Of a stretch of DNA of 48,883 bases, positions 26,127 through 34,072 are shown piece by piece. Numbering within the stretch: position 1 is the first letter of the stretch; each line of letters starts with the position of its first letter. The position numbers and the translations under genes are program-made. The DNA comes from Bacteroidota bacterium (GTDB lineage Bacteria; Bacteroidota; Ignavibacteria; UBA10030): contig JBBEBV010000008.1 of assembly GCA_040882165.1 (NCBI GenBank), positions 1 to 48,883 of the forward strand, written 5' to 3'. The notes under the pieces were generated by a model. That model made no database searches, was not told where the DNA came from, and saw only the letters and a program-made list of their open reading frames with translations.

Positions 26127-27076
26127 TCCTCGGACTGGACATCGGAGGTACGAAGACGGCTGTCGTCCTGGGAACGCGCGACGGTGCTATCCGGTGGCGC
26201 AAGGAATTTCCAACGGCGCCTCAACGTGGGTTTCAAAAGGTCTTTTCAGAACTCTCGAATGTTGCACGGGAAGCGCTTCACGGCGCCCCGAAACCCGTCG
26301 TCGCGATCAGCGTTTCGATCGGCGGTCCGCTTGATGTCGAGCGTGGCATCATCTACTCACCGCCGAATTTACCAGGGTGGGATGCCATCCCGCTGAAAGA
26401 GATGCTCGCCGGGGAGTTTTCACTCCCTGTATACGTTGAACACGACGGGAACGCTGGCGCTTTGGCTGAGTGGTATTTTGGAGCGGGGAAGGGATTTTCC
26501 CATGTGGTGTTTATTACAATGGGGACCGGCTTTGGTGCCGGATTGATTCTCAACGGTCGGCTGTATCGGGGCGCGAACGATCTGGCCGGCGAGATGGGCC
26601 ATATTCGTATAGCGGAAAACGGCCCGCTGTGTTATGGAAAATCAGGTTCCCTCGAAGGATTCGGAAGCGGGACCGGCATCATGAAACTTGCCCACCATCT
26701 TTTCCCGGGGAAATGGGACGCATCGGCAACAGTTGCAGATGTCTACCGATCATGGCAAGCGGGTTCACCCGAAGCGCGGCAGGTCTTTGAACAGTCAGGA
26801 TTTTGGCTTGGCCGCGGGCTCGCACTTTTGATCGATATGCTGAATCCTCAACGGATCATCCTGGGGGGACTCGGCATGCGGGTGAACAATGCTCTCATGC
26901 CTTTCGTGCAGGCTGTTGTTCGGGACGAGGCGCTTCCGGCGGCTGTGCGTGCGTGTGAGATCGTTCCCGCCGGTCTTGGAGAATCCATCGGAGATGTCGC
27001 TTCACTCTGCGCCGCTCTGGACCAGGGGGGTCTCGCTGTGTATAAATCAACTCAAGGAAAGGTAGACGGAAGATGA
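26123..27076 (+). CDS. ROK-family sugar kinase (no N-terminal HTH)
   Basis: 317 aa with a GTG start overlapping the upstream stop (GTGA). It has ILGLDIGGTKTAVVLG and EHDGNAGALAE. The usual CxCGxxGCxE zinc motif is degenerate here (LCYGKSGSLE). Confidence 0.8.
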   Translation: MILGLDIGGTKTAVVLGTRDGAIRWRKEFPTAPQRGFQKVFSELSNVAREALHGAPKPVVAISVSIGGPLDVERGIIYSPPNLPGWDAIPLKEMLAGEFSLPVYVEHDGNAGALAEWYFGAGKGFSHVVFITMGTGFGAGLILNGRLYRGANDLAGEMGHIRIAENGPLCYGKSGSLEGFGSGTGIMKLAHHLFPGKWDASATVADVYRSWQAGSPEARQVFEQSGFWLGRGLALLIDMLNPQRIILGGLGMRVNNALMPFVQAVVRDEALPAAVRACEIVPAGLGESIGDVASLCAALDQGGLAVYKSTQGKVDGR

Positions 27077-29313
27077 CCATCGTTCGAATGTTCATGCTCG
27101 TGTTGATCTGTTCCACCATGGTGAATGCCCAAAAGGCAATTTATCTTGAAGAAATAAGGAAGGCCGTGGAGAAGGGGTGGAGGGACCATCCCGCTTCGAT
27201 CGAACAATGGAAACGGACTCATGAACCGAATGTGCTCTGGGGCTATAACTCCCCGGGCGGTCCGATCTATCTTGCCGGCACGCTTTCTTTTATGTACGAA
27301 GAGACCGGGGAACGGATCTATGCAGAACGTACCGCGAAGCTCCTTGCAGAGTATGGAGATTTGCGGAACGTTCTTCCCAAGGGTTTCGAGAAAACACGCG
27401 CGGAATATGTCAACGGGGTTCCGGCCATCTCCAATTTCTTCATCATGCCCCCCTATATCCGTGCCTATTTGAGGATCAAGGACAGCGGGGTATTGGATGC
27501 AGAGATGAGGAAGAGGATCGAGGAGGATGTTTCAAAAAGCGCCGATTTTATCTTTCATTTTCCCGAATGGGGAACGCATAACCGGGCGATGCTGCGGGCC
27601 GAATGCCTGATCTATGCCTCCCTGGCCATGCCGAATCACCCGAGCGCAAAAAAATGGAAACAGATGGCCGAAACCATCGCTTCCGATAACCTGAAGCAAT
27701 GGGAGGTCGAGGATGCGACAGGCTATCATAGTGTCTGGCTGATGTCGCTATATTCTTACGCCGAAGCGGCTCAGGTAACAGAGCTCTTTCGTTCACCCCT
27801 GACGAAGTACTATCTCGACTATTTTGTCAGCCTGATCAGTCCGAATGGCACGGTGCCGGAGTTCGGTGATTCACGATGGTGGTCGGGTGTGGAAGGGTTA
27901 CGCTTTGTCGGTGTGTTTGAAAAAGGGGCGACCGTCTACAAGGATCCCGAGATGAAGTGGGCAGCTCAAACCACGCTCGAAACATTGAAGAAGGGGCGTG
28001 ATACTCTCGGTGTCGGAGAGGGATACTACCTATCCGATGCGTATCGCTGGACGGACGAGACGGTCGCCTCCAGGCGGCCAACCACGCTGAGCCGGGAGGT
28101 GCTGGAAGATATGATCGGAAAGAAAGTCGTGTTCCGGAACGGTTGGGATGAAGCGAGCACCTATCTCCTGCTGAACTATCGTGATGAAGGGGACGGAGGA
28201 TGGCTGTACCGGGAGTACCTGCGACAGACAATCTCCGTGGAAGAAGAAAAAATGCATCACGGCCATGCCGATGAAAACAACATCGGACTTCTCATGAGTA
28301 GAGGCTCGGTCCTGCTCACGGACGCGGATTACCGGAGCGACCTGCCGAGCGGCAAGTTTGGATCCTGGCGGCAGGACTATTTTCACAACCGGATCGTTGC
28401 GCGCAAGAACAAGCGCGACCAGAACCAATCGGTCCTGGAGTTTGTCCAGAATTCGGGAGCCTACCGCGCAGTTCGGACGATGAAAGTCGATTTTCTCAAC
28501 CTCCGGGAGGTCGATATGAGCCGCACGCGGTTGATCGACGACAACCTCGGTTACCAGTGGGACAGGATCATCACGTATGTAAAGGAAGACGACTTCTTTA
28601 TCGTCGTTGATGGGATCAAGGCTCTGAAGTCCGACTATTTCACCTTTACCAACTTCTGGCACACGAACAACCTGCTCGTCCGTGGGAAGGAGTACTTCGA
28701 TATCGCGACCGATTCCATCGGATCGTTCCGGTTTCCCACCCAACGGTCTCTCTTCGTTCATTTCCCGGAAACTTACGCGAAAACGTCCGGTGTTGAACCG
28801 ATCAGTCGTAACTGGCGGACCGAGCAGGCAATCTACCAAACCATCTCCAGCCAGTACAAGACGGGTGATACGGAAGTCTTCATAACAGTCCTGATTCCGC
28901 ACGATCGGAAGCAAAACCCGGAGGAGCTCCTTGGCAAAGTCAAAGTGCTGCCAGGAACCAATCCCTACGAAGCGGTCGGGCTGGAGATCGATCGTGGCGG
29001 AGCAAAATCGTACCTCGGCATCAAGATCGACCTTGAGAGCGAAATTGCGCGGGAGAACATCCGCCCGCGGTATCTCTATTCCCTCGGGAAAGCCGGGTAT
29101 GGTGATTTTGAAACCGATGCGCACTATTTCTTTGCGACCGTCTCCAGGAGCTCTGTCTCCTATTCCGCATCGAACGTGCTGAAAGTGCTCCACAAGGGGA
29201 AGACGCTGATGGAAGCTCTCCCCAATATGCATGGCCTCCAACTGGACGGAGCAGCTCCCCGGACGGCTGTCACGAAGTGGAGATATTGGGAGGATACAGT
29301 CCCCGTCAAATAA
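27073..29313 (+). CDS. secreted heparinase II/III-like polysaccharide lyase family protein
   Basis: 746 aa with an ATGA overlap to the upstream gene and the signal peptide MTIVRMFMLVLICSTMVNAQ. The HHGHADENNIGLL block is typical of the heparinase II/III C-terminal domain, and the N-terminal two thirds are helical. Confidence 0.65.
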   Translation: MTIVRMFMLVLICSTMVNAQKAIYLEEIRKAVEKGWRDHPASIEQWKRTHEPNVLWGYNSPGGPIYLAGTLSFMYEETGERIYAERTAKLLAEYGDLRNVLPKGFEKTRAEYVNGVPAISNFFIMPPYIRAYLRIKDSGVLDAEMRKRIEEDVSKSADFIFHFPEWGTHNRAMLRAECLIYASLAMPNHPSAKKWKQMAETIASDNLKQWEVEDATGYHSVWLMSLYSYAEAAQVTELFRSPLTKYYLDYFVSLISPNGTVPEFGDSRWWSGVEGLRFVGVFEKGATVYKDPEMKWAAQTTLETLKKGRDTLGVGEGYYLSDAYRWTDETVASRRPTTLSREVLEDMIGKKVVFRNGWDEASTYLLLNYRDEGDGGWLYREYLRQTISVEEEKMHHGHADENNIGLLMSRGSVLLTDADYRSDLPSGKFGSWRQDYFHNRIVARKNKRDQNQSVLEFVQNSGAYRAVRTMKVDFLNLREVDMSRTRLIDDNLGYQWDRIITYVKEDDFFIVVDGIKALKSDYFTFTNFWHTNNLLVRGKEYFDIATDSIGSFRFPTQRSLFVHFPETYAKTSGVEPISRNWRTEQAIYQTISSQYKTGDTEVFITVLIPHDRKQNPEELLGKVKVLPGTNPYEAVGLEIDRGGAKSYLGIKIDLESEIARENIRPRYLYSLGKAGYGDFETDAHYFFATVSRSSVSYSASNVLKVLHKGKTLMEALPNMHGLQLDGAAPRTAVTKWRYWEDTVPVK

Positions 29314-29366
29314 GTGCTACAAGAGCACCCATCCATTCATAATCACTGATGTGCAGGCAGGAGTCC

Positions 29367-30194
29367 ATGAACCTCGGAAAACAATTACGTTTGCGAAGAA
29401 TCTGGAAACATCCACGCGCAGTTATTATTCCATTCGATCACGGTCAGTACGGGGGGGTGCCGGACGGTCTTCAAGACCCCCGTCGTCTCACGGAGCGGAT
29501 AGCTTCAACCCCTGCCGATGCTGTACTGGTGACGCCCGGTGTTCTTGCGACAATCGTTCCGGCGCTGGGTGACCTTGGTGTGGTGCTGAGGCTGGATGGC
29601 GGATTTACGAAGTATACTCCCGTCGCGGGGGACTATGAGCCGGTGGTGAGCCCCGGGTACGCCGCGTCTCTCGGTGTGGATGCCGGAATTGTCTTCAGCT
29701 TTGTCGGTACGGCATTCGACGCGCAATCGCTCGCGCGACTGGGCCGGACCGTCGAGGCCGCAAATCGGTGCGGCCTGCCCTTGATCTCGGAGGTCCTGCC
29801 GCCGAGTCTGCTCAACAATCACTTTGAGCGGGAGATCTTCAGCGTGAAGGCAAAAGGGGGAACCATCGCAGAGGAAACGCTCAACGTCTCGCGCATCGCC
29901 GCAGAGCATGGGGCCGATATCGTCAAGACACGCTATCCCGGAAGTCCACGCGATCTTCGATCTGTTGTCGATACGTGCGGCGCGAAAGTCATTGTCGCCG
30001 GCGGGCCCCAATCGGGGAAAGGCGATCAGGCACTGCTCCAGTTTGCCCATGACTGTGTCGGGGGAAATGCAGCGGGCATCGTATTCGGCAGGAACGTCTG
30101 GCAACATCCAAAGATGGAAAAACTGATTGCTGCTCTCTGTGCCATTGTCCATGAGGATGAGACGGTTCTCAAAGCTTTGAAACTTCTGAAATAA
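29367..30194 (+). CDS. class I aldolase of the DhnA/FbaB type, second copy
   Basis: The ORF track starts at 29349. The ATG at 29367 follows AGGAG and aligns better with the copy at 14479. It has IPFDHG, DIVKTRYPG and GIVFGRNVWQH. Confidence 0.8.
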   Translation: MNLGKQLRLRRIWKHPRAVIIPFDHGQYGGVPDGLQDPRRLTERIASTPADAVLVTPGVLATIVPALGDLGVVLRLDGGFTKYTPVAGDYEPVVSPGYAASLGVDAGIVFSFVGTAFDAQSLARLGRTVEAANRCGLPLISEVLPPSLLNNHFEREIFSVKAKGGTIAEETLNVSRIAAEHGADIVKTRYPGSPRDLRSVVDTCGAKVIVAGGPQSGKGDQALLQFAHDCVGGNAAGIVFGRNVWQHPKMEKLIAALCAIVHEDETVLKALKLLK

Positions 30195-30226
30195 GACGGA
30201 GCGGATCGCCTGTTGACCTCAATCCT

Positions 30227-31156
30227 ATGATCACCACCGTCACCTTGAACCCGATGCTTGACAAAACCGTGCGCATTGATACGTTTGTGCGCGGCGCGAT
30301 ACACAGAGCAACGGCCATGGAATGCATCGCCGGAGGCAAGGGAGTCAACGTCGCCCGGCAACTGAAATTCCTCGGCGTTCAATCCGTGGCAACGGGATTC
30401 ATGGGGGGCGAGGTGGGGTCCAAAGTTCTGGACCTGCTGCGGCAGGAAGGGATCGAAGCCGATTTTGTTCAGGCCGATGTTCCAACGCGCGAAGGGGTGA
30501 CCTATCTCGAAGCCGATGGAACCTCCACGGCGGTCTTTGAGCCCGCCCGGCAAGTGCCCATCGAACGGGTTCACGAGCTCGGTAAAAAATTCCACACCCT
30601 TTTCCCAAAGAGTTCCTGGATTGTTTGCAGCGGGAGCTCTCCCGGCTCGGAAGCGGACGACTTGTATTATGAAGCGGTCCTCGCTGCGCACAAGTACGGC
30701 GTCATGAGCGTTCTTGATTCGTACGGCGAACCGTTCAGGCTTGCCTTGCGGGCTGTTCCTTCGCTGGTGAAACCGAACAAGGAGGAATTTGAACAAACCT
30801 TCGGCGGTTCCCTGCAAAGCGATGATGACTTTGTGAAGGCGCTCAATCATCTTCTGGGCATGGGGATTCAGTATGCGATCGTCACTGACGGTGCACAGCC
30901 ATGTTACGCAGCGATCCGGGGACACTATTGGAAGATGACGCCCCCTGCCGTTCGGACCGTGAACCCGATTGGGTCCGGCGATGCGATGGTGGCGGGTATC
31001 GTGTACGGCTTCAACCAGGGGTGGAAGTTCCAGCGATGCGTTTCGTTCGGAATTGCGGCCGGGGCTGCAAATGCGCAAAAGTGGGGGGTGGCAAATTCCG
31101 GAATCCAGGAAATCCTTGACCTCGAGCACCAGATTCGTGCTCAAAGACTCCATTAA
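30227..31156 (+). CDS. 1-phosphofructokinase / tagatose-6-phosphate kinase (FruK/LacC branch of PfkB)
   Basis: 309 aa with MITTVTLNPMLDKT, GGKGVNVAR and the C-terminal GSGDAMVAG. Confidence 0.8.
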   Translation: MITTVTLNPMLDKTVRIDTFVRGAIHRATAMECIAGGKGVNVARQLKFLGVQSVATGFMGGEVGSKVLDLLRQEGIEADFVQADVPTREGVTYLEADGTSTAVFEPARQVPIERVHELGKKFHTLFPKSSWIVCSGSSPGSEADDLYYEAVLAAHKYGVMSVLDSYGEPFRLALRAVPSLVKPNKEEFEQTFGGSLQSDDDFVKALNHLLGMGIQYAIVTDGAQPCYAAIRGHYWKMTPPAVRTVNPIGSGDAMVAGIVYGFNQGWKFQRCVSFGIAAGAANAQKWGVANSGIQEILDLEHQIRAQRLH

Positions 31157-31172
31157 TTAACCCATTTTGTCC

Positions 31173-31200
31173 TTGTTCTCTGGAATACTGTTTGTAGTAT
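31173..31200 (+). promoter_or_regulatory. possible promoter in an AT-rich gap: TTGTTC, 16-nt spacer, TAGTAT
   Basis: 59-nt AT-rich gap upstream of the first methyltransferase gene. The hexamer match is weak and was made by eye. Confidence 0.2.
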
Positions 31201-31215
31201 TGTTTATTAAACGAA

Positions 31216-32259
31216 ATGCCACTAATGAATAACAGACTCAACGATGCAATGGACTGCCGCGCGTCCGACCGCGTTCCATTTGTCCCGGCGATCTATGAAC
31301 ACAAAGCCTGGTTTGTTCACTCCACTCCATCCATTGTATGCCGGGATGTGAAGTTGTTCACGGAAGCGTTGCTCGCAGAATATGAGTCCATCCATCCCGA
31401 TGCTCTCACCGTTGGCATCGATGTCTACAACGTCGAGGCCGAAGCTGTCGGCTGTCAAGTACGGTACTACGGAGAGGGGGAGACTTCCGTCCCTGCAATC
31501 GAGCCCGATACGGTCTTGTATCACGGTGATGATGATATGGGGAGCCTTCGCATGCCCGATCCTTCAAAGGATGGCAGGATGCCGGTGAATGTCGAGGTGG
31601 CGAAGAATATTGTGCAGGCGCTGGGAAAAGAGATACCGGTGCGGGGAGCGGTGTCCGGACCGTTTTCCATGGCGGCCAGCCTCGTCGGACCGGAGAATTT
31701 TCTCATGCTGACCATCACCCAGCCGGCCCTCGTCCATGAAGTCATGAAATTCTGCGCCGAAGTGATTCAACAGTATGCAACCGCGTTCGTCAGAATCGGT
31801 TGCGGCATTGTGATTTTTGACTCACAGTCCTCCCCCGCCTTGATTTCGCCGGACATGTATCGTGACTTTGTTCTGAAGCCGACCCAGGAACTCATTCGTT
31901 CACTCCAAATGCTTGGCGTGAAAAACGTCCCCTTGATCGTCGGTGGAAATACCACGGACATTCTCGAACCGTACCTGGAAACCGGGGGCAACAATATTCT
32001 CTGTGACTATCCTGCAGATGCCGGTGAATTTCTTTTACGATGCTCGGCAGCACGCCGGGCATTCCGCAGAAACATTGATTCATCCGATTTCATCACAACG
32101 ACTCCGGACAAGCTCCGCGCGCGAACAAGAGCTTGCCTGGACGAAGGAAAAGGATATCCCGGATTCATACTAGGGACGGCCGTTGCTCCGTTTGGAACAC
32201 CGTTGGAACACCTGCTGGCCATCAAGACGGCAGTTGAGGAATATTCGAAGAAAGGCTGA
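31216..32259 (+). CDS. uroporphyrinogen decarboxylase (URO-D) family protein, MtaA/CmuA-like methyltransferase, zinc motif apparently absent
   Basis: 347 aa. The family-typical N-terminus is present (RLNDAMDCRASDRVPFVPAIY), as is the TIM-barrel length. Where MT2 enzymes have H-x-C-G-N, this protein reads LIVGGNTT. Confidence 0.65.
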   Translation: MPLMNNRLNDAMDCRASDRVPFVPAIYEHKAWFVHSTPSIVCRDVKLFTEALLAEYESIHPDALTVGIDVYNVEAEAVGCQVRYYGEGETSVPAIEPDTVLYHGDDDMGSLRMPDPSKDGRMPVNVEVAKNIVQALGKEIPVRGAVSGPFSMAASLVGPENFLMLTITQPALVHEVMKFCAEVIQQYATAFVRIGCGIVIFDSQSSPALISPDMYRDFVLKPTQELIRSLQMLGVKNVPLIVGGNTTDILEPYLETGGNNILCDYPADAGEFLLRCSAARRAFRRNIDSSDFITTTPDKLRARTRACLDEGKGYPGFILGTAVAPFGTPLEHLLAIKTAVEEYSKKG

Positions 32260-32273
32260 GCCTGAACGAACCC

Positions 32274-33398
32274 ATGACTGCAAGGAATCGAATTCTGACA
32301 GCGATGCGACGCGGCACGCCCGACCGGGTGCCGGTCATGCCCGATATTTCCAACATGGTTCCGGCCCGTCGCACGGGGAAACCGTTTTGGGACATCTACC
32401 TCCATGAAAATCCATCACTCGACGAGGCGTATGTGGACGCGGTACGCTATTTCGGCATGGATGGCTGGTACATTTATGATAACGCAACCATGTACGAGGA
32501 ACCCGCATGGCAGAAGAAAATCATCGAATCGTTGAACGATGAAGTGCATGTTCGGCGATGGATCGAGACGCCGTTTGGTGAGTTGGAGGAAATTGTTTGT
32601 TACCCGAACAACGATCCTCCCTGGTCGCAAACCGGAATCATCAAAGATATTGCGCAGGATTTTCCGAAACTCAAGTGGTATATGGAGCAAAAGGGACTGG
32701 ATGGGCTCACGAAGAACAGGCAAAGGATCGGCGATCTCGGCATTTACGGTGTTGCCATCGAAACCTTCATGGGATTCTGGGTCTGGGCGAGGGACGGGGG
32801 GTCGATGCAGGCCATACAGGATTTCTTCCAACATCCCGGGGAGATGCAACGGATTAAAGAGTTCTACCTCGCATTCGTCGAGAAGGCGGCAAAACGCATT
32901 CTGCAGGACCGGCCCGACGAGATCCTCCTCGCCGGATCGTCATCTTCCCTGAGCCTGAGCTCCCCGAGGATCTATAAAGAGTTCGATTTGCCGGTAATTC
33001 AGCTCGTTTCTTCACTCTGCAAGGAGGCAGACGTTATTTGTCACCAGCATACCTGCGGACGTTCGAGACAGATTGTGGAGATCAATTATTTCAATTCCGA
33101 TGTGAACGTGATGGAGCCATTGGAGCGCCCACCGGGGGGAGACGTCGATCTGGCCGAAGTGAAGAGGAAGTTTGGCGACAAATTCTGTCTCAAGGGGAAC
33201 GTCAATACCTTTGAAACCATGCTCAACGGTTCCGTGCAGGATGTCGAGCGAGAGGCAAAAGCTTGCATCGATGCGGCAGCCCACGGCGGGGGATTCATCC
33301 TTGCCACCGGCGATCAATGTGGAAGGGATACACCCGACGAAAACCTCTTTGCCCTTGTTGAGGTGGCAAAAACTTATGGACGCTACCCCTTGAAGTAA
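32274..33398 (+). CDS. URO-D family methylcobamide methyltransferase (MtaA/MtbA-like) with H-x-C zinc motif
   Basis: 374 aa with RILTAMRRGTPDRVPVMPD at the N-terminus. It has CHQHTCG (H-x-C) and a later ATGDQCG cysteine, as in MT2-type enzymes. Confidence 0.7.
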   Translation: MTARNRILTAMRRGTPDRVPVMPDISNMVPARRTGKPFWDIYLHENPSLDEAYVDAVRYFGMDGWYIYDNATMYEEPAWQKKIIESLNDEVHVRRWIETPFGELEEIVCYPNNDPPWSQTGIIKDIAQDFPKLKWYMEQKGLDGLTKNRQRIGDLGIYGVAIETFMGFWVWARDGGSMQAIQDFFQHPGEMQRIKEFYLAFVEKAAKRILQDRPDEILLAGSSSSLSLSSPRIYKEFDLPVIQLVSSLCKEADVICHQHTCGRSRQIVEINYFNSDVNVMEPLERPPGGDVDLAEVKRKFGDKFCLKGNVNTFETMLNGSVQDVEREAKACIDAAAHGGGFILATGDQCGRDTPDENLFALVEVAKTYGRYPLK

Positions 33399-33428
33399 TC
33401 ACTCGATGATTCAAAAAAGGAACAAACG

Positions 33429-34064
33429 ATGAAAGAATTACAGGAACTCGCCGAACAACTTATCAACGGGTACTCCGACCATGTCGCGCGATTGACACGG
33501 GAACTGCTGGACAAAGGGGCCACGCCGCAAACCATCCTGAACGACGGTCTCGTTGCAGGGATGACCGTCGTAGGTGAAAGAATGCGATCGGGAGAAATGT
33601 ACCTCCCTGAGGTGCTGCAATCCGCCAGCGCTATGCACGCATCGTTGAAGATCCTGAAACCACACCTGGTGAGAGATGGGGTCGAATCACGCGGGAAGAT
33701 CCTGATGGGAACGGTGAAAGGGGATATGCACGATATCGGCAAGAACCTGGTGGGCATCATGCTCGAGGGGGCGGGGTTCGAGATCGTCGATCTCGGGTTA
33801 AATGTTCAACCCCAGAAATTCGTAGAGGCGATTCAGACGCACAAGCCGGCGATCCTCGGCCTCTCGGCCATGCTGACCACGACCATGCTGCACATGAAGA
33901 CCACCATCGATGCCATTACGGTTGCCGGGGTACGTGCCAACGTGAAAATTCTTGTAGGGGGAGCCCCCGTCAGTCAGAAATTTGCGGATGAGGTGGGAGC
34001 GGATGCCTATGCCCGTGACGCCGTCAAAGCCGTCGATAAAGTCAAAGAATTGCTCGCCGCCTGA
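33429..34064 (+). CDS. mtaC: corrinoid (B12)-binding protein, MtaC/MtbC-like
   Basis: 211 aa with an N-terminal helical cap followed by a Rossmann B12 domain. The domain carries DxHxxG (GDMHDIGKN), SxL (GLSAMLTT) and GG (ILVGGAP) motifs. Confidence 0.85.
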   Translation: MKELQELAEQLINGYSDHVARLTRELLDKGATPQTILNDGLVAGMTVVGERMRSGEMYLPEVLQSASAMHASLKILKPHLVRDGVESRGKILMGTVKGDMHDIGKNLVGIMLEGAGFEIVDLGLNVQPQKFVEAIQTHKPAILGLSAMLTTTMLHMKTTIDAITVAGVRANVKILVGGAPVSQKFADEVGADAYARDAVKAVDKVKELLAA

Positions 34065-34072
34065 GGACATCC

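Noticed and set aside
31157-31215. A cobalamin riboswitch upstream of the corrinoid methyltransferase genes.
   Set aside because: The gap is only 59 nt and AT-rich. That is far too short for a B12 riboswitch, and I see no B12-box-like GCCACTG element.
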